From Armatimonadota bacterium (GTDB lineage: Bacteria; Armatimonadota; Fimbriimonadia; Fimbriimonadales; Fimbriimonadaceae), in NCBI GenBank assembly GCA_031400935.1, contig JANNQV010000051.1, positions 1-64,000 of the forward strand: a DNA stretch of 64,000 nt. The letters run 5' to 3'. Under the pieces are notes generated by a model that saw only the letters and a program-made list of their open reading frames with translations, was not told where the DNA came from and did not search any database. A program made the position numbers and the translations under genes. This document shows, piece after piece, positions 29,901 to 38,194 of the stretch; positions within the stretch are counted from its first letter, which is position 1; each line of letters begins with the position of its first letter.

Positions 29901-30394
29901 TTCCATCCATAGATATTGGTTTGAACAACGTTCCCGTCCGCTTGACGCTCCGTTATTCCAAATCCGACCAGCAACCGTGAACCTGGGGCAATTTCGAACC
30001 GAAATGGAGTGACACCAGAAAATTGATTTTGCTGAGCGGCTCGTTGGGCTCTTTCAGCATTGTAGCGGTAGCCAACTCGAAGGGAATCTCCGGCTTTGAA
30101 GCTTCGCATGAGGTAAACGACACCCGAATCAGCATCAATTTGGTATTCGACGCCGCGTTGCAAAGTACGGCCGTTAAACTCAACTCTTTCGGTGCCTGGC
30201 AGAACTCCGCCGTAACGCAATGGGACACCTAACATGCCTTCGCGGAGGGTAATCAGATCAATGGTTGCTGTTCCGCCGAGCTCTCCTGATGAGCCAGCTG
30301 AACCTGAGGAGCCGGGATTAAGAGGCAACTGGGCATAAGCCGCACTAAGCGCGGCGAACATGGCCAACGTGGCAGTTGTTCTTCGCAGTCTCAT
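26912..30394 (-). CDS. Large exported protein, probable outer-membrane beta-barrel with internal repeats
   Basis: Signal peptide ending AYA, many amphipathic beta segments, C-terminal LTIQLDFQIKF (terminal Phe). Confidence 0.6.
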   Translation of the reverse strand: MRLRRTTATLAMFAALSAAYAQLPLNPGSSGSAGSSGELGGTATIDLITLREGMLGVPLRYGGVLPGTERVEFNGRTLQRGVEYQIDADSGVVYLMRSFKAGDSLRVGYRYNAERAQRAAQQNQFSGVTPFRFEIAPGSRLLVGFGITERQADGNVVQTNIYGWNNRLKFGSTSMNGLFLLGNRQKVDTGSDYEFRARQETKDLGKSHFALQNMAVALGGGGELELNYQDISQNFAGFGAATDAGFEAAQIQQLQKERGLKRFALGLKQADLGGVKLSGNFRTVEDNGEDISWQSLGISSGVLALNWKSQKVGDSFRRFQDLAEGDREQLRKEIGMERETLVGSFGQKAGKLSFSMNQITDPNSAKIDRRELTFDSDKFKFSYGDQEIEQGFTRMGALKGDEQALWGREVGMSRQWFGLQSSLFGPGHPLTFSQNILSSANGEYFASNWKYQGSGWSLEQVNRSASDGFSSYQAMQDGERNEHINSIGRMYEPNGVAFRGEEAQWFQRSSGIDRGLTRFNALLFKDMKLNVDHLQLLGRTDGATVDTVNLDGKKFKIDFRRQEMGDQFQEMTQLLELERNRLGVISGLERTDFKVNVQLNPSRSFLYSNMKANSPNGGASREQLVYADPKLQISMNSREVDPNFANVGMLIDPEKEFLAAMRGFQQRDVKASWQISPNLKFDAFLLDSGSESLDQTRYIRNYQLAYKPDKLSNIVARRFEERNDDPMTLLFANATEFLSLSRDFGRFGKLSVLMENKDYEGQNSVFVDSEKRYYGYEARISATTSVKTEQTTTTYESGSKEAISANTVSTDIGKHMGVSVTQLAIDRDGGDRDEKKRGYGFWFDVANGIRLAYGYAQHKAGETALDTQNQNLNVTGGTAGNVQVGNGGYTENQWEGGRTQALGNFSLATVKPMTFFGLTDLKLQASMDTSADRAVWLKENQMFSMSGKISGNGIGYDYRSQVAPNGLRGIDRSVFFTTDQDEKRPIRLNMKYKQRNLPTGEEILIRDYSIVAKPMKSFELSHHLVTNPEVARGDVILGSLTQARKENRWKLDYNKSENLQLGGEWREFSDQGQPRTRLGGVNLTLNKKSGSPLGLFYGVEESDIGGVRKRTDRYHIRFDQRPGPHQQFSFFIGNVSYLKGMTETLNKNNLTIQLDFQIKF

Positions 30395-30718
30395 TTGCCC
30401 TCTAGCTATTCTACTCCAGATTCAGTTGAACCTGTTCCCAAACCATGAACTATTTCGCCAAATAGTCCCAAATACCCATCTCCCAATGGATTTCAAGCCT
30501 TAGTAATAATTCTCGGTCTAACTTATTGTTTTGGACAGGTTCAATGCTCCTGGCGTTACGGTGATTTTACTGGGATTTGTAGCTTTGAGTCGGGCTAGGT
30601 TCAAAATTGCCTCCACAATTGGGAATGTGTAAGCACATTAGTAAACACGCAGGCTTTTGGAAAAAGATAATTATCGTCTCAGAATCGTTTTTCTATCAAT
30701 TCCGCACAAAAAAGTATG

Positions 30719-31555
30719 TCAATCTTGCACGATTGGTTGATAGACAGTTTGGTCAAATTTTCGGCGCCTAAATAGCAGTGCCAGTATTGAAAACACGCTC
30801 AGAAACCCTCCGATAATTAGAATTGGTGACAACGGCATGGGCAACGCGGAAGCAGAAACAGTACCCACAAGAAGTCCCGCAACCATAGCCCAGCCCAAAA
30901 CGAGTTTTCCTGCAACAGACGAACTCGTTGGGCCACTTCGTACTAGTTCCAAAATGTGAGCCTTTCCACATGATTCGCACTCCAGGCGCGATGGGTCGTT
31001 TGGTGTGTTGCAAAACGGGCATCGAATTGGTGCAGCCGATTCCGGTTCAAAGTCCCGAAGCCACTGCTTCAATCGAAAGTCTTCATTTCGGAACGCATCT
31101 CGTGGCGCTCTTAGTGACTGCAAATCTAGTTCTCGCGAATACCCACCGAGCACTGAAGTTGCGATTCCAATTGCGGTTGTCCGAAAGCCATGTTTGTAAA
31201 GTGAATCCGAAAGGGCTAGTGCGGCTGCCGAATTATCGGGACGCAAGCTCCACGAGAGATAATGTTTTTCAATCTCGTCGCGATTGATCTTGATGTGATC
31301 GGTCAATGCAAATTGCCTGGCAGCGTACGGGTAAAAAGCGAGCAGAGTTGCCGCAACGACGATTGTCGCAAGCGGAATCCAAGGGTGCCTGCTTATCGCC
31401 ACCGTGCCAAACATCGCCAGGCACATTCCGATCGCAATCATGCCTGGTGTGGATTCAATCTCGTGCTCAAGCATCATTCCTGCGATTTTGACAAGTGCAA
31501 ACCCAAATACCGGAAAGCTCATCAAGACCAGGAGTAGAGTTGGTATGGCTTCCAT
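30719..31555 (-). CDS. Membrane protein with helical linker and C4 zinc ribbon
   Basis: Three N-terminal and two C-terminal hydrophobic segments; CPFC..CESC. Confidence 0.7.
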   Translation of the reverse strand: MEAIPTLLLVLMSFPVFGFALVKIAGMMLEHEIESTPGMIAIGMCLAMFGTVAISRHPWIPLATIVVAATLLAFYPYAARQFALTDHIKINRDEIEKHYLSWSLRPDNSAAALALSDSLYKHGFRTTAIGIATSVLGGYSRELDLQSLRAPRDAFRNEDFRLKQWLRDFEPESAAPIRCPFCNTPNDPSRLECESCGKAHILELVRSGPTSSSVAGKLVLGWAMVAGLLVGTVSASALPMPLSPILIIGGFLSVFSILALLFRRRKFDQTVYQPIVQD

Positions 31556-31761
31556 TAGTTTGTAGACTGAGGACGCAAATGGGGTGCATTTGGTTTGGAT
31601 GAATTGGAAAGATTGGAAGCAGGGATGTGGGGATGCAGGGAAGTTGGGGAGCGCGGGCGTCTCGCCGGTCTGCCAAAACGGACGTATGCAGGATGCGGGG
31701 AAGACTATGGTGGATCCGCAATTCAATACGACAGATGTACAAGTTGTTGGAAGGTGGTTTA

Positions 31762-32067
31762 ATGACTGATTGGCATGACAGAGATCCATATTCCCAAATG
31801 GGCAATATTGGCAGCGAAGTTGGACGCGCCATGAAATGGAAGGTAGTCAATCCTGACAGGGCAACATTCGCAGCCGAAAGAGCGCTTGAACTCATAGACC
31901 TGTCGGTAAGCGACCCGAAGAATCGGCCGTACTTGAAAGAAATTGCAAGGGTGAGGGAGATATTCGCAGACTCGTTCTATGGAGAAAACCTATATTGCCA
32001 AACGGAAAGTACTTGGGATCATAATTTTTATCCTTATGCTCATGCCGCGAACGGCCGCAGACCCTGA
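31762..32067 (+). CDS. Small helical hypothetical protein
   Basis: 101 aa with QMGNIGSEVGRA, ERALELIDL, KEIARVRE; AAGGTGG RBS. Confidence 0.65.
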   Translation: MTDWHDRDPYSQMGNIGSEVGRAMKWKVVNPDRATFAAERALELIDLSVSDPKNRPYLKEIARVREIFADSFYGENLYCQTESTWDHNFYPYAHAANGRRP

Positions 32068-32287
32068 CTTTGATTTCACAAAATGCAGTCCTATTTCTTC
32101 CAAAAAGCGCGAAAAACAGCAATTTTCGCAGATTTTTCGCGATAAAAAGACGTAGCATACGTTCCATATCTCAGGATAATCGCCAATAACCCAGGATAAC
32201 CTTGGCTCCTTGCCATTTGCTTTTTGCGGCTCTGAATCGGTACAGTTAAACGTACTTCAAAAAACGCACAGAAGGAGGAGGAACCCC

Positions 32288-32983
32288 ATGCGCGCAAATA
32301 GATGGCAGCTTCTCTTGTTGTCTGCAGCTTTGCTTTTAGCTGCGAACAAGAGCGGCGCACAAATTGATGCCTTAACAGGGCAAAACAACTCAAAGGCTGA
32401 ATCGCAAAAGGTCCAAGCGACAGCTGATGAAAAGAAAGGAATTATAACCAAGGTGGAATCGAAACCGATTCCATTTAAGACGACGTACGAACTTAGCAGA
32501 ACAGTCGGCCGAGGCCGTTTAGTAAAGGCATCCAGCGGGAAAGCTGGTGAAATGCGAACGATTTTCGAATTGAAAGTTGTTGACGGCAAAGTCGTCTCAA
32601 AGGTCAAAGTTGGCTCTGAAAAGATTGCTCCTGTTAACGAACGATTTTTAGTTGGAAGAACGGGATATGCCGCAAGCCGTGGAAATTACGAGCGCGGAAG
32701 AGTCTTGACAATGAACGCTTCTGCATACGATCCATCGGCTGGCCGAGGATCACAAGCAACGTTCCGAACCAAGACGGGCGAGAGAGCGAAATATGGAGTT
32801 GTCGCGGTTGATCCGAGAGTAATTCCGCTAGGCACAATGGTCTTTGTCGAGGGCTATGGAATTGCCTATGCTTGCGATATTGGCGGCGCAATCAAAGGAA
32901 ATCGAATAGACCTTTGTATGAACACAAACGCCGAATGCATCAAATTTGGCCGTCGAAAAGTAGTCGTCCACATTCTTAGGTAG
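32288..32983 (+). CDS. Exported G5 plus 3D-domain peptidoglycan-remodelling protein (YabE-like)
   Basis: Signal peptide; MNASAY, VAVDPRVIPLG, DIGGAIKGNRIDL; precedes rsmA as yabE does in Firmicutes. Confidence 0.88.
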   Translation: MRANRWQLLLLSAALLLAANKSGAQIDALTGQNNSKAESQKVQATADEKKGIITKVESKPIPFKTTYELSRTVGRGRLVKASSGKAGEMRTIFELKVVDGKVVSKVKVGSEKIAPVNERFLVGRTGYAASRGNYERGRVLTMNASAYDPSAGRGSQATFRTKTGERAKYGVVAVDPRVIPLGTMVFVEGYGIAYACDIGGAIKGNRIDLCMNTNAECIKFGRRKVVVHILR

Positions 32984-32995
32984 TCGGAAATCCTT

Positions 32996-33814
32996 TTGGA
33001 TCTTACAAAGCCTCAAGAACTTCAAGCCTTATTATCTCGACACGGGATATTGGCAAAGAAGTCCTTGGGGCAACATTTTTTGTGCTCACTGCCAGTGGTC
33101 GAAAAGATTGTTGAAGCCGTCGGAAATGCCGCCTCCGTGCTTGAGATAGGCCCGGGTCCTGGCGTTCTCACTTCCGCCTTAGCTTCAAAATTTGAGAGTG
33201 TGATTGCAGTGGAGATTGATGAGCGAATGATTCCGGTATTGGCAGAATCGGCTCCTAGGGCCAATATTCGCCAAATAGATGCGTTGAAGAGCGATCTCAG
33301 GGAAATTTTGAAGGAAATGCCCGAGCCACGAGTCGTTGTTTCAAATCTGCCCTATTACATCACGGGTCCGTTGCTTGGGAAAATCGAAGACGCACGAACC
33401 GAGTTCTTGCACTCAGTTCTGATGATGCAAAAGGAGGTTGGAGACCGGATTCTTGCTTCTCCAGGCGATTCGAATCGAGGTTCGGTTTCGGTTTGCCTCC
33501 AGCATCATTTTGAGATCGAAAGAGTTGCCGATGTGCCGCCAGGTAGTTTTTGGCCTCCGCCAAAAGTAAAGAGCATTGTTCTAAAGTTTGTTCCGCGATC
33601 GTTGCTGGGATTACACTCAATTGAATTGCCTCCGTTCGTAAAGCAGGGGTTTGAACAGCCCAGAAAGACACTAGTTAATAATTTGTCTAAGCTATACGAC
33701 AAAGAATCAGTCACTAAGGCATTGGATTACTTAAATTTGAGCGAGACCATTCGACCGCACATGCTCACAGAGTCTAATTGGCTTGATTTAATGGATAAAT
33801 TGAAACAGAATTGA
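32996..33814 (+). CDS. rsmA: 16S rRNA m6,2A dimethyltransferase
   Basis: KSLGQHFL, LEIGPGPG, SNLPYYIT, MMQKEV, FWPPPKV. Confidence 0.96.
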   Translation: MDLTKPQELQALLSRHGILAKKSLGQHFLCSLPVVEKIVEAVGNAASVLEIGPGPGVLTSALASKFESVIAVEIDERMIPVLAESAPRANIRQIDALKSDLREILKEMPEPRVVVSNLPYYITGPLLGKIEDARTEFLHSVLMMQKEVGDRILASPGDSNRGSVSVCLQHHFEIERVADVPPGSFWPPPKVKSIVLKFVPRSLLGLHSIELPPFVKQGFEQPRKTLVNNLSKLYDKESVTKALDYLNLSETIRPHMLTESNWLDLMDKLKQN

Positions 33815-33822
33815 GAAGTGTG

Positions 33823-34794
33823 ATGGCAATTGATTCAAAGGATTTGCTTGAATTGGCTCATAGAGAAGGCTTTGAGCTGGCTGGAGTCTGTGACGCGGTT
33901 TCACCCCCTAATCTTATACATTACGAAAACTGGCTTCAGAAGGGCTTTCATGGCGAAATGCAATATTTGGCAAGTCATCTTATACAAAAGAGAAATCCAC
34001 AAAGTTTGTTGCCAGGAGCAAAAAGTATCTTGGCGGTTGGACTAAATTACTATCAACCGAATGCACCAGTGTCAGGAACTGTACGAATAGCTTGCTATGC
34101 GTTGGGGCGTGATTACCATAAGGTGTTAAGGGGCAAACTTAAACATTTAGGATGGCAACTAAGTCAAACCTATACAAATCTCAAATTTCGGATTTGTGTA
34201 GATTCTGCTCCAATTCTTGAACGAGACTTCGCACAGTTAGCGGGACTTGGCTGGTATGGAAAGAACACAATGATTATCAACTCTGAAAGGGGGAGCTGGT
34301 TTGTTATTGGCCTACTGTTGCTGAGCGAACATTTCGAGCCTAATAAGCCAGCAATTGGGGGATGTGGAACCTGCAAGAAGTGTATCGAGGCGTGCCCAAC
34401 AGGAGCGATAGTTACGACCAATGGCACGTGGCAAGTTGACTCAAGAGAATGTATCAGTTACAAGACGATTGAACTTAAGGGCGAAATTCCAGTTGACCGT
34501 CCGAACCCAATCGAAGACTGGACATTCGGGTGTGACATTTGCCAAGAAGTTTGTCCTTTCAATGAAGCGAGACATTCTCAGCCTCTTAGAGCAACAAGCA
34601 CAAATGAACCGGATTTCATCAAAAAGACCCCTGCAAAGAGCCTTGATGAGCTTCAAGCGATGAGTAAGGAGGATTGGGACTTTTGGACACGGGGATCACC
34701 ACTCCGGCGTGCTGGATATGAAGGAATTCGCCGAAACGCAACACTCAACTTAGCTGCAGTTGAGCAAGGACAAAGGGAATCTCGCGAAGGCTAG
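33823..34794 (+). CDS. queG: Epoxyqueuosine reductase
   Basis: YALGRDYH, VDSAPILER, GKNT, CGTCKKCIEACPT, CISY, FGCDICQEVCPFN. Confidence 0.95.
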   Translation: MAIDSKDLLELAHREGFELAGVCDAVSPPNLIHYENWLQKGFHGEMQYLASHLIQKRNPQSLLPGAKSILAVGLNYYQPNAPVSGTVRIACYALGRDYHKVLRGKLKHLGWQLSQTYTNLKFRICVDSAPILERDFAQLAGLGWYGKNTMIINSERGSWFVIGLLLLSEHFEPNKPAIGGCGTCKKCIEACPTGAIVTTNGTWQVDSRECISYKTIELKGEIPVDRPNPIEDWTFGCDICQEVCPFNEARHSQPLRATSTNEPDFIKKTPAKSLDELQAMSKEDWDFWTRGSPLRRAGYEGIRRNATLNLAAVEQGQRESREG

Positions 34795-35455
34795 AAATCG
34801 TCACATTGGAATTGCCATTGCATGAACGGTCCAGCAGCCTTGCTTGAAGCCCGGCACCGAGCGCACCCCGTAGATCGTCTACCGCTGAATCTCCTATGTG
34901 CAAGACTTCTTTTGGCTCCATTTCCAACCTTTCACAAGCCAAAAGGAACAATCTTGGGTCGGGTTTTTCAATACCTTCAACTAAAGAAGCAATCGCAAAC
35001 TTAAAGTATTCAGTTAGGCCTCTCGATTCGAGCACTCTATGCAGGGACTCATCCCAATTGCTTATCACAATCATAGGAATCGCCATCTCCCGCAATTGTT
35101 CAAGAACTGGCAATACGTCATCAAACAGTTGGAAAATGTCGCTTGGTTCACCGTAAAGCAAATGATTGCCCATTTCCAAAAGCGGATCAACAAAAAATGA
35201 AGAAAGACCCAACTGTTCTAACCAGGCGGTCAACAAATCTCTCCACCAGCCTTGAACGGCTTCTGGATTGTGAAGCCTGTTCAATTCCAAAAACTCTGGA
35301 TATCGGGTCCGAAAGAGTCTGTCATAGATTTCCGTTGCGACTTGTTTGTCCATCGGAATCTCAAGTGTTTCGGCACACCGAATGGCAAACATAGCAGGTG
35401 CCCAACGAACTTTGAGCAAGGTCTCAGCGCAATCAAACGAAACAGCACGTATCAT
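34745..35455 (-). CDS. HAD-IA hydrolase (REG-2-like)
   Basis: FDCAETL, ISNWD, EKPDPRLF, HIGDSAVDD. Confidence 0.88.
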   Translation of the reverse strand: MIRAVSFDCAETLLKVRWAPAMFAIRCAETLEIPMDKQVATEIYDRLFRTRYPEFLELNRLHNPEAVQGWWRDLLTAWLEQLGLSSFFVDPLLEMGNHLLYGEPSDIFQLFDDVLPVLEQLREMAIPMIVISNWDESLHRVLESRGLTEYFKFAIASLVEGIEKPDPRLFLLACERLEMEPKEVLHIGDSAVDDLRGALGAGLQARLLDRSCNGNSNVTISSLREIPFVLAQLQLS

Positions 35456-35602
35456 TCAAAGCAGAGATTACTTGCAAAATTGATGGCGCCGTCAGACCTA
35501 TTCTTCATGGAAAGGGAAACGCAAAGCGGATACAATCGTACAAACATCGTGAATGTGACAGGAAACTATGGTCAAGTCACGAAAGTTCAGGAACAAGGAA
35601 TT

Positions 35603-36307
35603 ATGAAAAGAGTTAGAAATATTGGAATGGTTGCGGTACTTGCAATTGCCGCACTTGCAATTGCCCAAGATGGGTTTAAGCTTCGGCGAATGCCGAAAGA
35701 AGGCGAAGAAATTACAATGTCGCTGAGAGCCGATGTCGAAGTAATGGGCATGAACGCCATTTTTACAGCTAAGCTCAAGGACAAGGTAACAAAAGTTGAG
35801 GCGAACGGTGACTACTCAGTTGAGTCTTCGCAGAGCGATGGCAAGATTAAGCTCGACGGTCAAGAAGATATGGAAGCACCTAGTGGAAACGGTCCGACCA
35901 CAACGAAGTACTCTGCGGCCGGAGCGATCCTATCGGTAACTGGCGAAGACACTTCGGAAGAAGCCCTCCGCATGGCAAACATGTCTGCGTTTGCGTTTGA
36001 AGATCGTTTGTTCAAAAATGGCGAAACTATCGTTATCGAAAACAAAGCTTCAAAATTGAACGGAAATGTCGCTAGTAAAGCGACTGTGATTGTCGGCGCA
36101 ACTGAAACGATAAAGGGCCACGAATGCGTTGTGATGACTTATGACTATAAGGAAACTTCGGGCGAAGTTCCTGCCACAAGCACGGGCAAAGTTTGGATTA
36201 GTCTGAAGGATGGCGCTCCAGTTATGGTTGATAGCGTGTACAAGAACGCACCATTTCCTGGCGCACCAGGCCCGATCAACGCGAAAGTGAAGATCGAAAG
36301 GCTGTAA
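35603..36307 (+). CDS. Exported beta-rich hypothetical protein
   Basis: Signal peptide MKRVRNIGMVAVLAIAALAIA; AAGGA RBS. Confidence 0.7.
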   Translation: MKRVRNIGMVAVLAIAALAIAQDGFKLRRMPKEGEEITMSLRADVEVMGMNAIFTAKLKDKVTKVEANGDYSVESSQSDGKIKLDGQEDMEAPSGNGPTTTKYSAAGAILSVTGEDTSEEALRMANMSAFAFEDRLFKNGETIVIENKASKLNGNVASKATVIVGATETIKGHECVVMTYDYKETSGEVPATSTGKVWISLKDGAPVMVDSVYKNAPFPGAPGPINAKVKIERL

Positions 36308-36312
36308 GGTTT

Positions 36313-36570
36313 GGGAGTGAGCGGGCTTGACCGCGCATTACTCATCGAACGAGGACAGACTTCAGATGAAGTCTGTTCTCGTTCAGTTGTTTCTGATCCA
36401 ATTTCCTATTGGAAGCGCGGTCAAGCCCTCGCACTCCCACAGCCAGCCCCAGATATCGTAAAACTTGACAATTATTGCAGGTGACGGCGGGCTCAATTTC
36501 TCCCTCTCCCCCAACGCGAGGTACGAGCTTGGCGGGGGAAAGGGACCTGCGAAGCTGACGGTGAGGGGGA
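36313..36570. repeat. Cluster of REP-like inverted repeats between convergent genes
   Basis: IR pair 36313-36336 / 36415-36438 around an 18-bp hairpin (36347-36384), then a CCCTCTCC-type palindrome 36501-36570. Confidence 0.75.
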
Positions 36571-36584
36571 AAATGCGAGTGAGT

Positions 36585-38060
36585 CTATTCCGAGCAAAGA
36601 CCCAGCCCCTTCTTGCACCAAAAGTTGTTAGGCCGAACATAAAGCCCACGTTCAAACGCCTTGTGAGCGAGTTCGGGTCGTTCAAGTTTCAGCATCGCAT
36701 AGCCATAAGATTCATGCGGCAGTCGGGCATATCGAACCGGCTCATCGTATTCGATCCGGCCAAAAGCGGCAAGGCTCCTCTCAAATTCGGCAATGCATGC
36801 TTCAGCACGCCCTTCCATCGCCAAGACTGAACCTTCGAGTTCGGCAGCCATTGTAATGTTGATTCGATCGTCGGTGGAGTAGTTGGCGGCCTCTTTGTCC
36901 TTTATCTTTTCGGCAACTTTCTCCTTCATCGTGTTTGCCCGTTGACGTGCGGTAAACCAGTCGTCTTTCTCGACAGCCCCCATCCCTTGAAAAAAGAGAT
37001 TTTGAGGGCTCTCTGAACTTGCATTCGTACCTTTTGCAAGCAATTTGCTCCAATCCCCTGCGCACCAGTACACTTCGGTTTCGTCCCAACTCGCTTTTCC
37101 AATAGCTTCTAACGCTTCGTCAATTTTCCCGTCTTGAGCCAAGTTGATTCCGAGAAAACTTCGGTTGTGTCCGTAGTTCCAATTCACCTGAAACGGTGTA
37201 ACGTTTAGCTCTTTTGCATCGGCCTCTTCGATTTCTCTCGCGCGACGAAAGGCTTTGCTCGCGTCTTCATATCGCCCGACGCGATTGAAAATGTGCCCCG
37301 CCATGTGAACCATGTGAGAAGACCGATAAGCCGCTTTTCCGATCTTTTCTGCGCTGGAAACGGCTCGCTCGGGATGAAAGGGCTCCATAGCGTGGATGTG
37401 ATAGTGCAAAGCTCCGGCATTTGTTGGATCGGCTTTGAGGATTGGCTGAATGAGGGCGTAAACCTTTTCCAAATCGCCTCGCACGTCGCCATTCGGAAGG
37501 TAATTGGTGTGCATGCAAAGCTGAGTTCGTAATCCCGCGAGCAGAAGCCGGGGCTCTTTCGCTGTCGGATAGTCCTTGATCAGGTTCATCATCGCCTTTT
37601 CGAAATCGGTTTCCCTGACGTCGCCCTTAACACTCTTTAGTCGCATAGCCACAATCAGTTTCTGTTCCAGGTCGCTAGCGGAACTGGACAACGTAACGGC
37701 TCTCGCAATTGCGAAGTTTGCTTCCGCTTCAAAGTTGGAACTGAAATACCAAGGCTGAGTTAATGCGGCATAAAGCCCGCACCAGGCTATGGCGCAAGTC
37801 GGGTCTTCTTTCGTTGCGTCTCGGAAGGAGCGAATGGCCTCGTTGAACCAAAAATCGTGGATGAGCGCAAACCCTTGGCGGACAAAAAGCTTGGCTTTCT
37901 CGTTTGTTGAGGAAATAAGAATGTCCGATGTCCCGACCCCTTCCAGGACTCGTCCTGACGGAAAGCTGACGACCTTGCTCGGCATGGGTGGTTCGCAAGA
38001 CTGCGCGAGGCTAGCTGTGACTGGGCTGACAACGGCGATGAAAAGGAATATCGGCTTCAC
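36585..38060 (-). CDS. Exported TPR-like protein with His-rich core
   Basis: Signal peptide; FWFNEAIRSF..DPTCAIAW, HYHIHAME, SHMVHMAGHIF, YGHN. Confidence 0.72.
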   Translation of the reverse strand: MKPIFLFIAVVSPVTASLAQSCEPPMPSKVVSFPSGRVLEGVGTSDILISSTNEKAKLFVRQGFALIHDFWFNEAIRSFRDATKEDPTCAIAWCGLYAALTQPWYFSSNFEAEANFAIARAVTLSSSASDLEQKLIVAMRLKSVKGDVRETDFEKAMMNLIKDYPTAKEPRLLLAGLRTQLCMHTNYLPNGDVRGDLEKVYALIQPILKADPTNAGALHYHIHAMEPFHPERAVSSAEKIGKAAYRSSHMVHMAGHIFNRVGRYEDASKAFRRAREIEEADAKELNVTPFQVNWNYGHNRSFLGINLAQDGKIDEALEAIGKASWDETEVYWCAGDWSKLLAKGTNASSESPQNLFFQGMGAVEKDDWFTARQRANTMKEKVAEKIKDKEAANYSTDDRINITMAAELEGSVLAMEGRAEACIAEFERSLAAFGRIEYDEPVRYARLPHESYGYAMLKLERPELAHKAFERGLYVRPNNFWCKKGLGLCSE

Positions 38061-38194
38061 AGATGTATTGTACGAAATTTGATGGGCTGGGTGTTGCGCA
38101 AAGCCCCTTCCTCCATTTTTTCCAATTTGCGACGTCTTCGAAAAGGGAGGAAGGGGCTAATATCCCTCCAAATCGAGTAACATCCCACTCCCCC

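Noticed and set aside
32068..32287. c-di-AMP (ydaO) riboswitch upstream of the 3D-domain gene
   Set aside because: No GCYGAAUCC..GG..GGAAC core; only a short CAGGATAA direct repeat.
35495..35560. c-di-GMP-I riboswitch (GGGAAACGCAAAGC)
   Set aside because: Lacks the upstream GGCAAAC/GAAA P2 stem and the P3 receptor elements.
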